NCBI RefSeq assembly: GCF_001194135.2
Contig: NC_069000.1
Location: forward strand, 35,694,593 to 35,743,790
DNA: 49,198 nt
Direction of reading: 5' to 3'
DNA from: Octopus bimaculoides
Lineage: Eukaryota
Part shown: positions 38,223 to 48,625 of the stretch, in pieces
Numbering within the stretch: position 1 is the stretch's first letter
Layout: each line of letters begins with the position of its first letter
Program-made: the position numbers and the translations under genes
The notes under the pieces: generated by a model
Seen by the model: only the letters and a program-made list of their open reading frames with translations
What the model was told of the DNA's origin: nothing
Database searches by the model: none

Positions 38223-40795
38223 GTTTCAAATTTTGCCACAAGGGCAGCCTCTTTAGGGAAGGGGAGAGATTGATTACAGTAATTCACTGGTACTTATTTT
38301 ATCGATCCCGAAAGGATGCAAGGCGAAGTCGACCTCGGTGGAATTTGAACTCAGAATGTAACAACGGGCGAAATCCCACTAAGCTTTTCATCCAACATGC
38401 TAACAATTCTGCCAGTTTGCTACCTTACTCATAATCATCATCATCATCATCATCGTTTAACGTCCGCCTTCCATGCTAGCATGGGTTGGACGATTTGACT
38501 GAGGACTGGTGAAACCGGATGGCAACACCAGGCTCCAATCTGATTTGGCAGAGTTTCTACAGCTGGATGCCCTTCCTAACGCCAACCACTCAGAGAATAA
38601 TAATAATAATAAATATTTTTAATATAGAAAGATCTGGAATAAATATCACACCAAAATTAAAACACACTTACTTGATATAGCGATAAAGCTCTCCAGGTAT
38701 GGCGTTCCTGTTGAGAGATAAGTCTTCTTGAACAACATTTATCGTGATTTTTGATCGCCAGTGACTGACTGGTTTCTGATTGAGCTCAACTGATGCATTC
38801 TGAAAATTAACAAAAGAAATGGATTCCTTTTTATAAAAATATGAAAACTTTACTTGTTTCTGTATATTATCCAATGAAATAACCAGCATGACTGAGTGGT
38901 AAGAAGTTTGTTCCCAACAACATGGTTCCAGGTTCAGTCCCACTGCGTGGCACCTTGGGCAAATGTTTTCTACTATAGCCTTGGGCTGACCAAAGCCTTG
39001 TGAGTGGATTTGCTAGACGGAAACTGAAAGAAACCCGTTGTATATGTGTGTGTATGTGCGTGTGTGTGTGTCTGTGTGTTTGTCTGTTTTTGTCTCCCCA
39101 TCACCACTTGACAACCAGTGTTAGTGTGTATATGTCCCAGTAACTTAGTGGTTCAGCAAAAGACACCAACAGAATAAGTACTAGGCTTAAAACCCTTCTA
39201 AAGGCAGTGCTCCAGTATGACCGAAACAAGTAAAAATATTTTATTAACAGGATCTGTTAAAGATGCAGATCTTAAGTAACATGGCTCCTACCCCTGGATG
39301 CCCTTCCTAACACCAACCACTTTACAGATGGATGCTTTTTACGTAACACCAATACTAGCCGGGTAGTCGCTAGTGTGGTTGTTAACCCCATGTCAAACTT
39401 AAACAAGCCCTGTAGTAAAAGATGTTCCACCTACAGCCATCCCATCTTGTTTACCAGACGGTGCACCCAGGACCACATTATCTAATGCGTCTGTTTTCTA
39501 AGATGTAATCTGAAGTGAATTTGGCTGTTATTTCTAACAAGGCATGTGACCATGACATAGTAGATTCCTTTATTGACTCAACAACAGCAATGTTGATAGT
39601 GTTATTGGAGTATGGTTAAAAAAAAAAAATGTGGGTGGGAGGAGTCTGTTACAGATTTTTCCCTGCCCCTAACAACTGAGAAACAAGTTGATGATACTTA
39701 CTGGAGTTTTATCTGTTAAAAGGTTAACAACTTTTGATTCTGGCAGTGAATAGCTGGTGAGGGATACCTGCGTGTGAACAGTGTGTTTATCAAAAAATGG
39801 GTCTCGCCCTCGCAGGAAGAAAAATATATGACCGTAAAGGGTACCATTTCTTCTCGTTTTCAAGGGAAGCGTAACATTGACAACACTGTGAAATATTTAA
39901 AAGAAAGAAAAATTTAAAATAAAAACATTAATTTGATTCTGATTTAATTCATTGGGGAAAAATAAAGCCACAGATTTGTAAAAAGTGTCTTAGATACTTG
40001 ATTTAATGTTTCTGATATACAAAGCGCAGGCATGGCTGAAAGGTTAAGAGCTTGCTTCCCAACTATGAGGTCTTGGGTTCAATCACACTGCATGGCACCT
40101 TAGGCAAGTGTCTTCTACTATAGCCTTGGGCTGACCAAACTCTTGTGAGTGGATTTTGGTGGAGAGAAAATGAAAGAAATCCATTATGTATGTATGTAAA
40201 CAGAAAGAGCTCCCATGACTTTTGGAAACATTTTTTCACACTCAGAGTTGCTAAAGCATGGAACAAACTACCTGCATCAGTTGGTAGTTGTCGAGACACT
40301 GCATCCTTTAAAACCTCCACGCTTCCTGAAATTTGCCTGATATCCTGCCTCCATACACATGCACACATGTATATCATGACTTGTACACTGTTCACTTTCC
40401 TGACTTTTGTACATAATTCTATGTATTGTACATGCATCTTTGATGAGTTGTAGTGCACCTGAGCACTATACACAATAATTTCATTATTATTATTATCAGA
40501 TGTTTCAAGCAAGGTAATGTTCCTCAAGGCCAGACATGTCACAACTATCACATGAAGTCAAATAGACACACATGCACATGCACGCACGCACACACACATG
40601 CATACAACAGGCTTCTTTCAGTTTCCATCCACCAGATCTACTCACAAGGCTTTGGTCAACTCAGAGCCATAGCGAAAGCATTTGCTCAAGAGGCTACACA
40701 TAAAGAACACATATATATATATAACATATGAAGGCCTGCTGTTCAGCTCTCTATATATGTGTATATATATGTGTCTGTGTATATCTATGTGTGTG

Positions 40796-40854
<59 letters not shown>

Positions 40855-41245
40855 CTGTGTCTGTATATACATCATCATCATCATCATCATCGTTTTACGT
40901 CCGCTTTCCATGCTAGCATGGGTTGGACGATTTGACTGAGGACNNNNNNNNNNNNNNNNNNNNNNNNNNNNNNNNNNNNNNNNNNNNNNNNNNNNNNNNN
41001 NNNNNNNNNNNNNNNNNNNNNNNNNNNNNNNNNNNNNNNNNNNNNNNNNNNNNNNNNNNNNNNNNNNNNNNNNNNNNNNNNNNNNNNNNNNNNNCCCTCA
41101 ACTGTTAGGGTGTGGCACTTTTTCACGCAGCTATCCTCCTCCATTCTCACCACATGACCATACCAGCGCAATCGTCTCTCTTGCACGCCACAACTGATGC
41201 TTCTAATGTTCAGCTTTTCTCTCAAGATACTTACATATATATATG

Positions 41246-41297
<52 letters not shown>

Positions 41298-42383
41298 TCA
41301 ATTATATGGCTATGTCTTCTACTGCACACTACATCTTAACCATATGCACAATATTGGCCAACACATACACATCCACACATACACACACATAGGACATGTT
41401 AGCATCTAACAACAGCTGATACAAGCTGGAACATACTGATACAGCAAGACATTTGGCTAAATAAATCAATAGCAAAACAACAAATTATTCAGTCGTAAAA
41501 CAATTAAGTGGCAGCTTGCTTTATGACAATGTTGGCAATAATGTACAATAATGTCATATAAATGAGAATAAACATTGCTTCCTAAGAAGATGGTGCATGG
41601 CCTTCATATGTTTTATATATATATATATATATATATNNNNNNNNNNNNNNNNNNNNNNNNNNNNNNNNNNNNNNNNNNNNNNNNNNNNNNNNNNNNNNNN
41701 NNNNNNNNNNNNNNNNNNNNNNNNNNNNNNNNNNNNNNNNNNNNNNNNNNNNNNNNNNNNNNNNNNNNNNNNNNNNNNNNNNNNNNNNNNNNNNNNNNNN
41801 NNNNNNNNNNNNNNNNNNNNNNNNNNNNNNNNNNNNNNNNNNNNNNNNNNNNNNNNNNNNNNNNNNNNNNNNNNNNNNNNNNNNNNNNNNNNNNNNNNNN
41901 NNNNNNNNNNNNNNNNNNNNNNNNNNNNNNNNNNNNNNNNNNNNNNNNNNNNNNNNNNNNNNNNNNNNNNNNNNNNNNNNNNNNNNNNNNNNNNNNNNNN
42001 NNNNNNNNNNNNNNNNNNNNNNNNNNNNNNNNNNNNNNNNNNNNNNNNNNNNNNNNNNNNNNNNNNNNNNNNNNNNNNNNNNNNNNNNNNNNNNNNNNNN
42101 NNNNNNNNNNNNNNNNNNNNNNNNNNNNNNNNNNNNNNNNNNNNNNNNNNNNNNNNNNNNNNNNNNNNNNNNNNNNNNNNNNNNNNNNNNNNTTCCAACA
42201 TTCTGCAGAAATATGTCTGGCCATGAGAAGATAGTATCTTTCTTGAAAACAGGTAAGGGCATCTGGTCACAGAAAATCTGCCTCTTTAAACTCCATCCAA
42301 TTCATGCATACACGGAATAGTGAAGTTCGCTTTGTTGCCTGTGAGTGGATTTGGTAGACAGAAACTGAAAGAAGCCCGTCGTA

Positions 42384-42427
<44 letters not shown>

Positions 42428-43882
42428 GATATGTATGTGTGTGTATATGTTTGTGTGTCTGTGTTTGTCCCCCCAACATCACTTGACAACCATTTTTCTG
42501 TATTTAAGACATTGATCAACTGTTGCTCAAACTGAACCTCTGAACATCACCTCTGATCAGGAAGTAGGCCTGCAAAGATCGACAGCATTACTCTCCTCCT
42601 CTGACAAACATAAATGGGTTTTTTTTTAAATACCCTGATTTGAGTGATAATAGCAAGATTTAAATTGGTAATTGTTCTAGAAATTCTAGTGATACTTACT
42701 CATTAGTTGGTTCTGTTAAAGAAAAATTGTGATAGTCCCAGACCAAGGTTAAGTCCTGTTCACTAGGAGCCAGGTATCTTGTGGATGTGTAAAGTCTGAG
42801 CTGAAAGAACATAAGAAATTGGGAATAAACAATGATAAAACAAAGTTTAGTGAAATCATTATCATCGTTATTACTATTATTAAAGGTGGTGAGCTGGCAG
42901 AATCGTTAGCACACTGGATGAAATGCTTAGAGGTATTTTTCCCATTGCTATATTCTGAGTTCAAATTCCACCAAGGTTGACTTTGCTTTTCATCCTTTCA
43001 GGGTTGATAAAATAAGTACCGTAAATCCTCGAGTATAATCCGCAGAAACATTAGCACGCCAGGCGAAACGCTTAGCGGTATTTTGTCTGCCGTTACGTTC
43101 TGAGTTCAAATTCCACTGAGGTCGACTTTGCCTTTCATCCTTTCGGGGTCGATAAATAAAGTACCAGTCCCTTTGTCTGTCCTTGTCTGTCCCCTCTATG
43201 TTTAGCTCCTTGTGGGCAATAAAGAAATAAGAAACTGAGTGGAAGCCCATCTTAGACAAACACATAGACAGATATGCACATGCGCATTTGTGTGTGTGAC
43301 GCTATTCAACAACTGGTGTTGGTTTGTTTATATCCCCATGTCTTAGTGATTCAGCAAAGGAGACTGATAGAATAAGTACCAGACTTTAAAAAACCATAAG
43401 GTTTGGGGTCAATTTATTCAGCTAAAAACCCTTCAAGGTGGTGTCCCAGCACAGCTGCAACCCAATTATTGTAACAAGTATAAGAATAAGTAGATACCAG
43501 TTTCCTCAATCAAGTTATTTTAGTTCTTCTGATCTTAATTAACCATTACCCTTTCACTTTGTTCCAATTAAGAAAGGTAAAAAGGTAAAGTTACCTTCCC
43601 ATGTCATGCCAACTCACAAGGGCTATTTTCCCAGGTTCACGATGTATAAATTCCCCCACCTGGACACGATGCCGGCCCGTCACAGGAAATTAAGAAAGGG
43701 GAGTCAGTAGCTATACTTACCCCAAATGTGGGTTTCGGTCTGACAATCAAGTAGGAGGTGAGGCAGGATTTTGGTGGTCCTTCACATGGTTTAGGGTAAA
43801 ATATCTCAACCATTACCCATAATGAATAAGCAATATAGGAGAAGAACACGGCAGAGATTATCATAGAAAAAGATGGCCCCAT
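12310..43882 (-). CDS. CLPTM1L: CLPTM1L (CLPTM1-like/CRR9 lipid scramblase); spliced CDS, 16 visible exons plus 1 inferred exon in a gap
   Basis: Exon translations match hallmark CLPTM1L segments ([125 protein letters not shown]). All introns are GT-AG and phases chain without frameshift (1536 nt). Luminal sequons NVT, NGT and NTT are present. Confidence 0.97.
12466..12912 (-). mobile_element. SINE family B copy in CLPTM1L last intron
   Basis: Matches 2353-2761; N-gap lies inside the central (TA)n. Confidence 0.85.
14006..14121 (-). CDS. CLPTM1L: CLPTM1L coding exon 16 (116 nt; [38 protein letters not shown])
   Basis: TTGCAG acceptor, GTGAGT donor, near-invariant family motif. Confidence 0.97.
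14520..14805 (-). mobile_element. RTE-tailed short element ((ATG)n tail, GAGTGGTTGGCGTTAGGAAGGGCATCC core, internal tandem units)
   Basis: Near-identical to 30145-30425, 34461-34892 and 38440-38595. Confidence 0.8.
15303..15684 (-). mobile_element. RTE LINE ORF fragment, stop-free 127 codons, PHD-like finger followed by [11 protein letters not shown]
   Basis: Hand translation [25 protein letters not shown]...CGRC...[14 protein letters not shown]...[10 protein letters not shown]. Absent from the ORF track because it has no ATG. Confidence 0.85.
16504..16548 (-). CDS. CLPTM1L: CLPTM1L coding exon 15 (45 nt; [15 protein letters not shown])
   Basis: TTTACAG acceptor, GTGAGT donor. Confidence 0.96.
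17631..18035. mobile_element. 405-bp Tc1/mariner/pogo-like MITE
   Basis: 20-bp TIRs C[T/C]GTAAATCCTCGAGTATAA (19/20), TA on both sides. Confidence 0.85.
18388..18615 (-). mobile_element. SINE family C (GTTCTGAGTTCAAATTCC head, CCTTTCATCCTTTCGGGGTCGATAAATTAAGTACC core)
   Basis: Reverse complement of 35521-35749. Confidence 0.85.
18816..18871 (-). CDS. CLPTM1L: CLPTM1L coding exon 14 (56 nt; [18 protein letters not shown])
   Basis: TTGCAG acceptor, weaker donor GTACAG. Confidence 0.95.
19516..20105 (-). mobile_element. SINE family B copy
   Basis: Matches other B copies; gap lies in the central microsatellite. Confidence 0.85.
21348..21382 (-). CDS. CLPTM1L: CLPTM1L coding exon 13 (35 nt; [11 protein letters not shown])
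   Basis: TTTCAG acceptor, GTAAGA donor, phase 2 to 1. Confidence 0.94.
22414..22496 (-). CDS. CLPTM1L: CLPTM1L coding exon 12 (83 nt; [27 protein letters not shown])
   Basis: CTTCAG acceptor, GTAAGA donor. Confidence 0.96.
24697..25450. mobile_element. ~754-bp non-autonomous DNA transposon with ~113-120-bp TIRs inside a (TA)n tract
   Basis: 24697-24809 is an imperfect inverted repeat of 25331-25450 (GGTAATCTTCAAGTTTAGGG...TTACCAGTATTATCC...TTTATAAATAAA[T/C]CACACACGTG). Confidence 0.85.
25860..25910 (-). CDS. CLPTM1L: CLPTM1L coding exon 11 (51 nt; [17 protein letters not shown])
   Basis: Strong pyrimidine tract plus CCTAG, GTGAGT donor, phase 0/0. Confidence 0.92.
26170..27060 (-). mobile_element. 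3' fragment of an RLE-type (R4/Dong-like) non-LTR retrotransposon
   Basis: [15 protein letters not shown]...[10 protein letters not shown] zinc knuckle, NQPDIVI and [12 protein letters not shown] motifs, then a short 3'UTR and (TAA)n. Confidence 0.8.
27530..27645. repeat. (ACC)n-derived low-complexity tract with three 13-bp ACCACCACCAGAC units
   Basis: AGAC recurs at 27571, 27584 and 27597. Confidence 0.85.
27782..28321. other. Assembly gap; others at 8712-9426, 12658-12717, 14806-15302, 19779-19940, 30426-30852, 34024-34459, 34779-34788, 40944-41094 and 41637-42192
   Basis: N runs. Confidence 1.
29248..29351 (-). CDS. CLPTM1L: CLPTM1L coding exon 9 (104 nt; [34 protein letters not shown])
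   Basis: TTGCAG acceptor, GTAAGT donor. Confidence 0.96.
30145..31210 (-). mobile_element. RTE LINE fragment (30853-31210) plus RTE-tailed short element (30145-30425) bridged by a gap
   Basis: [12 protein letters not shown]...[19 protein letters not shown]...ERRL; left part matches 14520-14805. Confidence 0.85.
32133..32352. mobile_element. piggyBac-like MITE (CCCTTTA[G/A]CATT termini); partial relatives near 1975-2160, 5607-5810, 31700-31890 and 46580-46750
   Basis: Inverted termini and dispersed copies within the window. Confidence 0.7.
32491..32575 (-). CDS. CLPTM1L: CLPTM1L coding exon 8 (85 nt; [28 protein letters not shown])
   Basis: CCACCAG acceptor, GTGAGT donor. Confidence 0.96.
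33625..33719 (-). CDS. CLPTM1L: CLPTM1L coding exon 7 (95 nt; [31 protein letters not shown])
   Basis: TTTTTTAG acceptor, GTAAGC donor, highly conserved motif. Confidence 0.96.
34461..34892 (+). mobile_element. RTE-tailed short element with internal 64-67-bp tandem units
   Basis: Units start at 34461, 34527, 34591 and 34658; (GAT)n tail. Confidence 0.8.
35166..35283 (-). CDS. CLPTM1L: CLPTM1L coding exon 6 (118 nt; [39 protein letters not shown])
   Basis: AACAG acceptor, GTAAGT donor, SxGKLRxW motif. Confidence 0.93.
35521..35749 (+). mobile_element. SINE family C copy; others at 33780-33975(-), 37950-38182(-), 38222-38428(-), 42885-43235(+), 46300-46585(+) and 48895-49070(+)
   Basis: Shared head and core sequence. 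Confidence 0.85.
37696..37768 (-). CDS. CLPTM1L: CLPTM1L coding exon 5 (73 nt; [24 protein letters not shown])
   Basis: TATAG acceptor, GTGAGT donor, YLPIxFIDxLSNR motif. Confidence 0.93.
38672..38799 (-). CDS. CLPTM1L: CLPTM1L coding exon 4 (128 nt; [23 protein letters not shown]...PGELYRYI)
   Basis: TTTCAG acceptor, GTAAGT donor, PVSHWR motif. Confidence 0.93.
38878..39236 (+). mobile_element. SINE family B copy
   Basis: Reverse complement of 2353-2761. Confidence 0.8.
39702..39885 (-). CDS. CLPTM1L: CLPTM1L coding exon 3 (184 nt; [22 protein letters not shown]...NLLTDKTP)
   Basis: CACAG acceptor, GTAAGT donor, NVT and NGT sequons and the TRxNGTLY motif. Confidence 0.93.
40200..40450 (+). 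mobile_element. CR1-like LINE 3' fragment
   Basis: [19 protein letters not shown]...FKTS is a typical CR1/L2 ORF2 C-terminal motif. Confidence 0.7.
40870..41234 (-). mobile_element. 5'-truncated RTE LINE copy
   Basis: [44 protein letters not shown], then gap, then the shared (ATG)n tail. Confidence 0.85.
42700..42800 (-). CDS. CLPTM1L: CLPTM1L coding exon 2 (101 nt; [33 protein letters not shown])
   Basis: TTTCAG acceptor, GTAAGT donor, phase 0 to 2, fits flanking exons. Confidence 0.9.
43721..43882 (-). CDS. CLPTM1L: CLPTM1L coding exon 1 (162 nt; [54 protein letters not shown])
   Basis: ATG in a strong context (A at -3, G at +4), N-terminal TM helix, donor GTAAGT at 43720. A candidate acceptor TTTCAG 19 nt upstream (exon would start at 43901) implies an upstream exon. 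Confidence 0.9.
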
Positions 43883-45601
43883 GATGCTGGATGACTGGAT
43901 GCTGAAATAACAACAGAACAGGTCAAATTATAATATAACAATAAAAAAATATTATGCTTTTTTTTTTGTCTTCTGAAGGTGCTGGCATGGCTGGAGTGAT
44001 TAAGAAGCTTGCATTGCAACCACATGGTTTTGGGTTCAGTTCCACTACATAGCCTCTTAGGTAAAGGTAAAGGTAAAGTTACTTTTTTGAGTCAAGTCGA
44101 CTTATAAGTGCCATTTTCCTGGCTCCCATAACGTATAAATTCCCCACTTGGATTGGATATCAGTCTATCGCAGGATTACTAATTTTTGCCAGGTAAGTGG
44201 ACTCAAGCAATGTGAAATGAAATGTTTTGCTCAAGAACACAAGTCGTTCAGCCCAGGAATCAAAACCACAATCTTATGATTATAAGTCTAATACCCTAAC
44301 CACTAAGCCACATACCTCCACACATAGCACCTTGGTTAAGTGTCTTCTACAATAGCCCATGACCAACCAATACCTATTGAGTGAATCTGATAGAAGGAAA
44401 CTTTGTAGTGGAACTTTGTGGAAGCCTATCATGTGTGTTTGTTGTGTTTGTCCCCCACCACCATATGACAACTGGTATTAGTTTGTTTTATGCCCCCTCC
44501 CCCAACCAAAGTTATGGAGACATAAGAGACTGATAGAATAAGTACCAGACTTTATTAAAAATAAAAAATGCTGGGGTTTATTTGTTTAACTAAAAACCCT
44601 TCAAGGTGGTGCTCCAGCATGGCCACAGTACAACAGTGGAACAACTAAAAGATAAAAGATAGGCAGATAAACCAGCAAATGGGCCTAATAAAGGGAGCCA
44701 TACAAATTTGAAATGGTGCATCTATGTAGATGTTTGACTCATCAATATGACAACCAAAACCTTCCTCTATGTCATTCTTCAGAAAAAGTTGAAAGGACAA
44801 AATTATATGAGACAGCAGAGCTTTACATCCTTTAAGTTAAAAAAACTTAAAGGATGTAAAACCACCGCACCAGCTAGCATCACCACCACACCAACTGCTC
44901 CCTCGTTACACATCCACGTTACACCTTTAAGATCGGGGAACCAGTTAGGGGCCCGCTGGATCTCTTTCGGCATACCAGCAAACCACAAAATCACACCAGC
45001 CAGCATCACCACTACCTCCAAGACCGTCATGTGTATGTATGTGTGTATGTATGTATGGATATGTGTGCGTGTTTGTCCCACCACCACCACCACCATTCTT
45101 GACAACCGATGTTGGTGCATTTGCGTCCCTGTAATTTAGCTGTTCAGCTGAAGAGACTGATAGAATAAGCACCAGGCTTACAGGGAATAAGTCCAGGGGT
45201 CAATTTCTTCTAAAGGGTGGTGCTCCAGCATTGGCCACCGTCAAATGACTGAAACAAGTAAAAGAATAAAAGAATACCAGAAAACCGTTCCGTACCACTA
45301 AACCAAGAAGGTTCTTTGAATATGTATGATGTATTTTAAGGTTAAATAGTAATTCCGTTTACGTTTGTGTAGCTGAGATATTTTGGTTGGATTATATAGT
45401 CATTGGTGTTACATTACTTTCTATATTCTGTAACTGTCACAATATACTTTTCTAGGCCTGAAATTTTTGTGGGGAGGGGGCCAGTTAATTAGATCGACTC
45501 CAGTACACAACCAGTAATATAAAGATAGACAGTCATAATATGCAAACATTTCTCATGGCACCAGTACACTGTTTACAGATGCTTACATTTTTTTATGTTT
45601 T

Positions 45602-45628
45602 CCGTGAACTTTTCACGGGCCCAGCTAG
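45602..45628 (+). mobile_element. Helitron-like 3' terminus
   Basis: Hairpin CCGTGAA-CTT-TTCACGG, then CTAG at 45625-45628 followed by T. 5' end not identified. Confidence 0.55.
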
Positions 45629-47029
45629 TATACATAAATACACATACATACACACATATATCAATAATAACATAAAAGAACCATTCTAATCATTCAATAA
45701 GTCACAAAGCTGTTAAATTTGCACTAAACCTCTTTCGAGAGACATCAAATTTTTTGACACACAAATGCAATCAGGTTACTGGTAAAATTACACAGCAACT
45801 AACACTTCATAAATTAAATTTTAAGTAAATTCAACAAGTTTATATAATGGTAAATTGTGGGAATAGCTCTTTCGCAATGTAATTACTTTAGTTTCAACAC
45901 ACAATTTCAAATCAAGGCACTTGCTAAATACATACAATTCCTAAAATATGTGCATGTTTGTGCTCCTTAACCCTATCACATTTAAAAAAAGGTAAAGACC
46001 CCTTTCAGTCATGAATGACCATGGAATTGCACCTAGAAAGTTCTCTTACAAGGCACAAGTCTGGGCAAGGTTGTTTATAGAAGACCAACAGGCACCCATA
46101 CATACCAACCACCCTTCTCAATGAGAAAAACAAAAGCTGATGCAGATTGGCACCAGTGAACTGGAGCAACCTGAAATAAAGTGTCTTGCCAAAGAATCGA
46201 ACTCATTACCTCATGGTTGTGAGCCCAACGCTCAAGTCACTAAGCCATTGCATTTAAACCCATTATATCTGGCCTCAATATTCTACCTGTTTTTAAGGTG
46301 GCAAGTTGGCAGAGACATTAGCACACCAAGCGAAATGCTTAGCAGTATTTTGTCTGTCTTTATGTTCTAAGTTCAAATTCAAATTCCACCAAGGTCAACT
46401 TCATCTTTCATCCTTTCGGGGTCGATAAATTAAATACCAGTTGCATACTTGAGTCGATAAACTAAGTACCAGTTGCATACTGGGTCGATAAATTAAGTAC
46501 CAGTTGCATATTGGGGTCAATCTAATCAACTGGCTGGCCCCTCCCCAAAAATTTTGGGCCTTGTGCCTTGAATAGAAAAGAATATTCTACCTGTTTTATG
46601 TTCAAACTAGTAAGATCCAGCTTCTCAAACCTAACCAAAAATTGTCATCCTAAAAACATACAATCAAAATCTCGAAGCTACGAGATAAATCATGATTAAT
46701 TCAAAACAATGAAAATGAATAAGCATTACATTTGGCAGAATAATCTGGATATTATAGTATTAATTCATTTTCTTAAGTCCTAATCAGTAAATGAAAGTGA
46801 TTCTAGTTGGAATTTCATATCATACCTTGGGCTTCAATACAGATTGCAGAATGAAGAAGGTAGGTTCAACACAGAAGCTGAACCAAAACTAAGAATATAA
46901 AACTGTAAACTTTTGACAATCAAAGTCTACCTCTGGTTGGATGCTACCAATACCTTCCTCTCTTTATTCCACAGGTCCTCAGACACCCTGCAAAAGTTCA
47001 TCCATGCTTTCCTCACTCCTCTGATTAAA

Positions 47030-47475
47030 AGGCACAGGCATGGTTTAGAAGCTTGCTTCCCAACATATGGTTTTTGGGTTCAATCCTGCTGCATGGCATT
47101 TGGGCAAGTGTCTCCTACTATAGTGCTGGGCCAACCAATGCCTGATGAGTGAATTTGATAAACAGTGTAAAAGCCTGTTGTGTGTATGTATGTGTGTGTG
47201 TGTATGTGTGTGTGTGTGTATGTATGTGTGTGTGCCTGTTGTGTGTGTCTGATTGTGTGTGTTTGTGTTTGTAACTCTACCATCACTCCACAATTGGTGT
47301 TGGTTTGTTTACATTTCCATAACTCAGTCGTTCATCAGAAGAGACTGATTAGAATAAGTAACAGATTTTTTTTTAAATATAATTACTGGGATCAATTTGC
47401 TTGACTAAAAACCCTTCAAAGCATTGCCCCAGCATGGCCACAGTCCAATGACTAAAACAAGTAAACAACAAAAGA
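47030..47475 (+). mobile_element. SINE family B copy (older)
   Basis: Diverged match to other B copies, central (TG)n. Confidence 0.75.
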
Positions 47476-48361
47476 TAATCCATGGTGACATGTATTCAAT
47501 CCAAACCATGTTATTACACAAGAGAAAATGGTGTTAATATCCTAATTTGATTGACACATATTCTTTTGAAATTCTTTCTTACTAAATACACTACATTTCT
47601 AACATCACACAGCTAAGCACTTCCTAGAAAGATAAAAAAAGAAAAAAACCCTTTTACTCCTTTTTTTTATATTTGGAAAGGACCAGCGTAACAAGATACA
47701 TATTCTTAAGATCACAGAAGTCGTCAGGCTAAATTACACCATTTACTTCACTCTTCTTTATTTAAACAACTCTTCCAGTTGTTATGTAAACAGAAGTAAC
47801 GATCTTACCTACACCCACCTCCTATCATTGAGTGCAATGTTGGAACTGTGTACAAATTAAGCCACCTGCAGTTGGTTTAACTGTTTAACATATTGTATAA
47901 CTTTCATATGGAGTAAAAATGAAATATGAGAGCAGTACAATGTAAGTGAAATATTTAGTCAGCTAGTCTTCACTGTTAAACACATGTTTAATCACTCCCA
48001 GCTACTGAACAAAAGCTACCTTTATGGTACTTTGTAGGTACAGGAAGGTAACAATTTCACACAGTTTGGTATTTTTATCTCATGATACCAATAATATCAG
48101 ACCTTATTTACAAGGATTTAAATATCTACAGGGTTTTCAACTGTTCTTCTGTGAATACACTACTCCCCAAGCTTTTGTAGGTGATTTTAAAGAATGCTTT
48201 GCTTTGAATATTACTCTTTCACTGGCTTCAATCATTGGACTGTGACCATTTTAAGGCACTGCCTTGAAGAATTTTAGTCAATCAAATCATTCCTAGTACT
48301 TATTTTTTTAAGTTTGTTACTTACTCTGTTAGTCTCTATTTTTACCAAATCACTTGGTGCT

Positions 48362-48625
48362 ATGTCTTTTCATCCAACGTCACTATGTCAAATGTCTTTT
48401 CATCCACGTCTTTTGGTCCGATATCTTTTTGTCCAAAGACAAATTCTATCAATAAAATTTTCAATGATTATTTGACTTTGATGTTCACCTTGTTTTCTAA
48501 AGGGTTTATTTAAAATTGGACAAACTGTCACTGGGCAGAAAAATCATCAGACAAAAAGACATCAGACCAAAAGACGTGTATGAAGTGACGTTGGACAAAG
48601 TGACATCGGACACAAAGTCAGGTCA
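48362..48625. mobile_element. Foldback/MITE-like element with subrepeated inverted arms
   Basis: 48405-48434 vs 48549-48578 are 27/30 inverted; 48373-48384 vs 48584-48595 are 12/12 inverted. Confidence 0.7.

Noticed and set aside
12310-43882. A-to-I recoding sites or U12 introns in CLPTM1L
   Set aside because: Recoding cannot be seen in DNA alone; all visible introns have U2-type GT-AG ends.
47142-47160. Hammerhead core CTGATGAG
   Set aside because: Chance variant within a SINE B copy; no stem II or GAAA partner.
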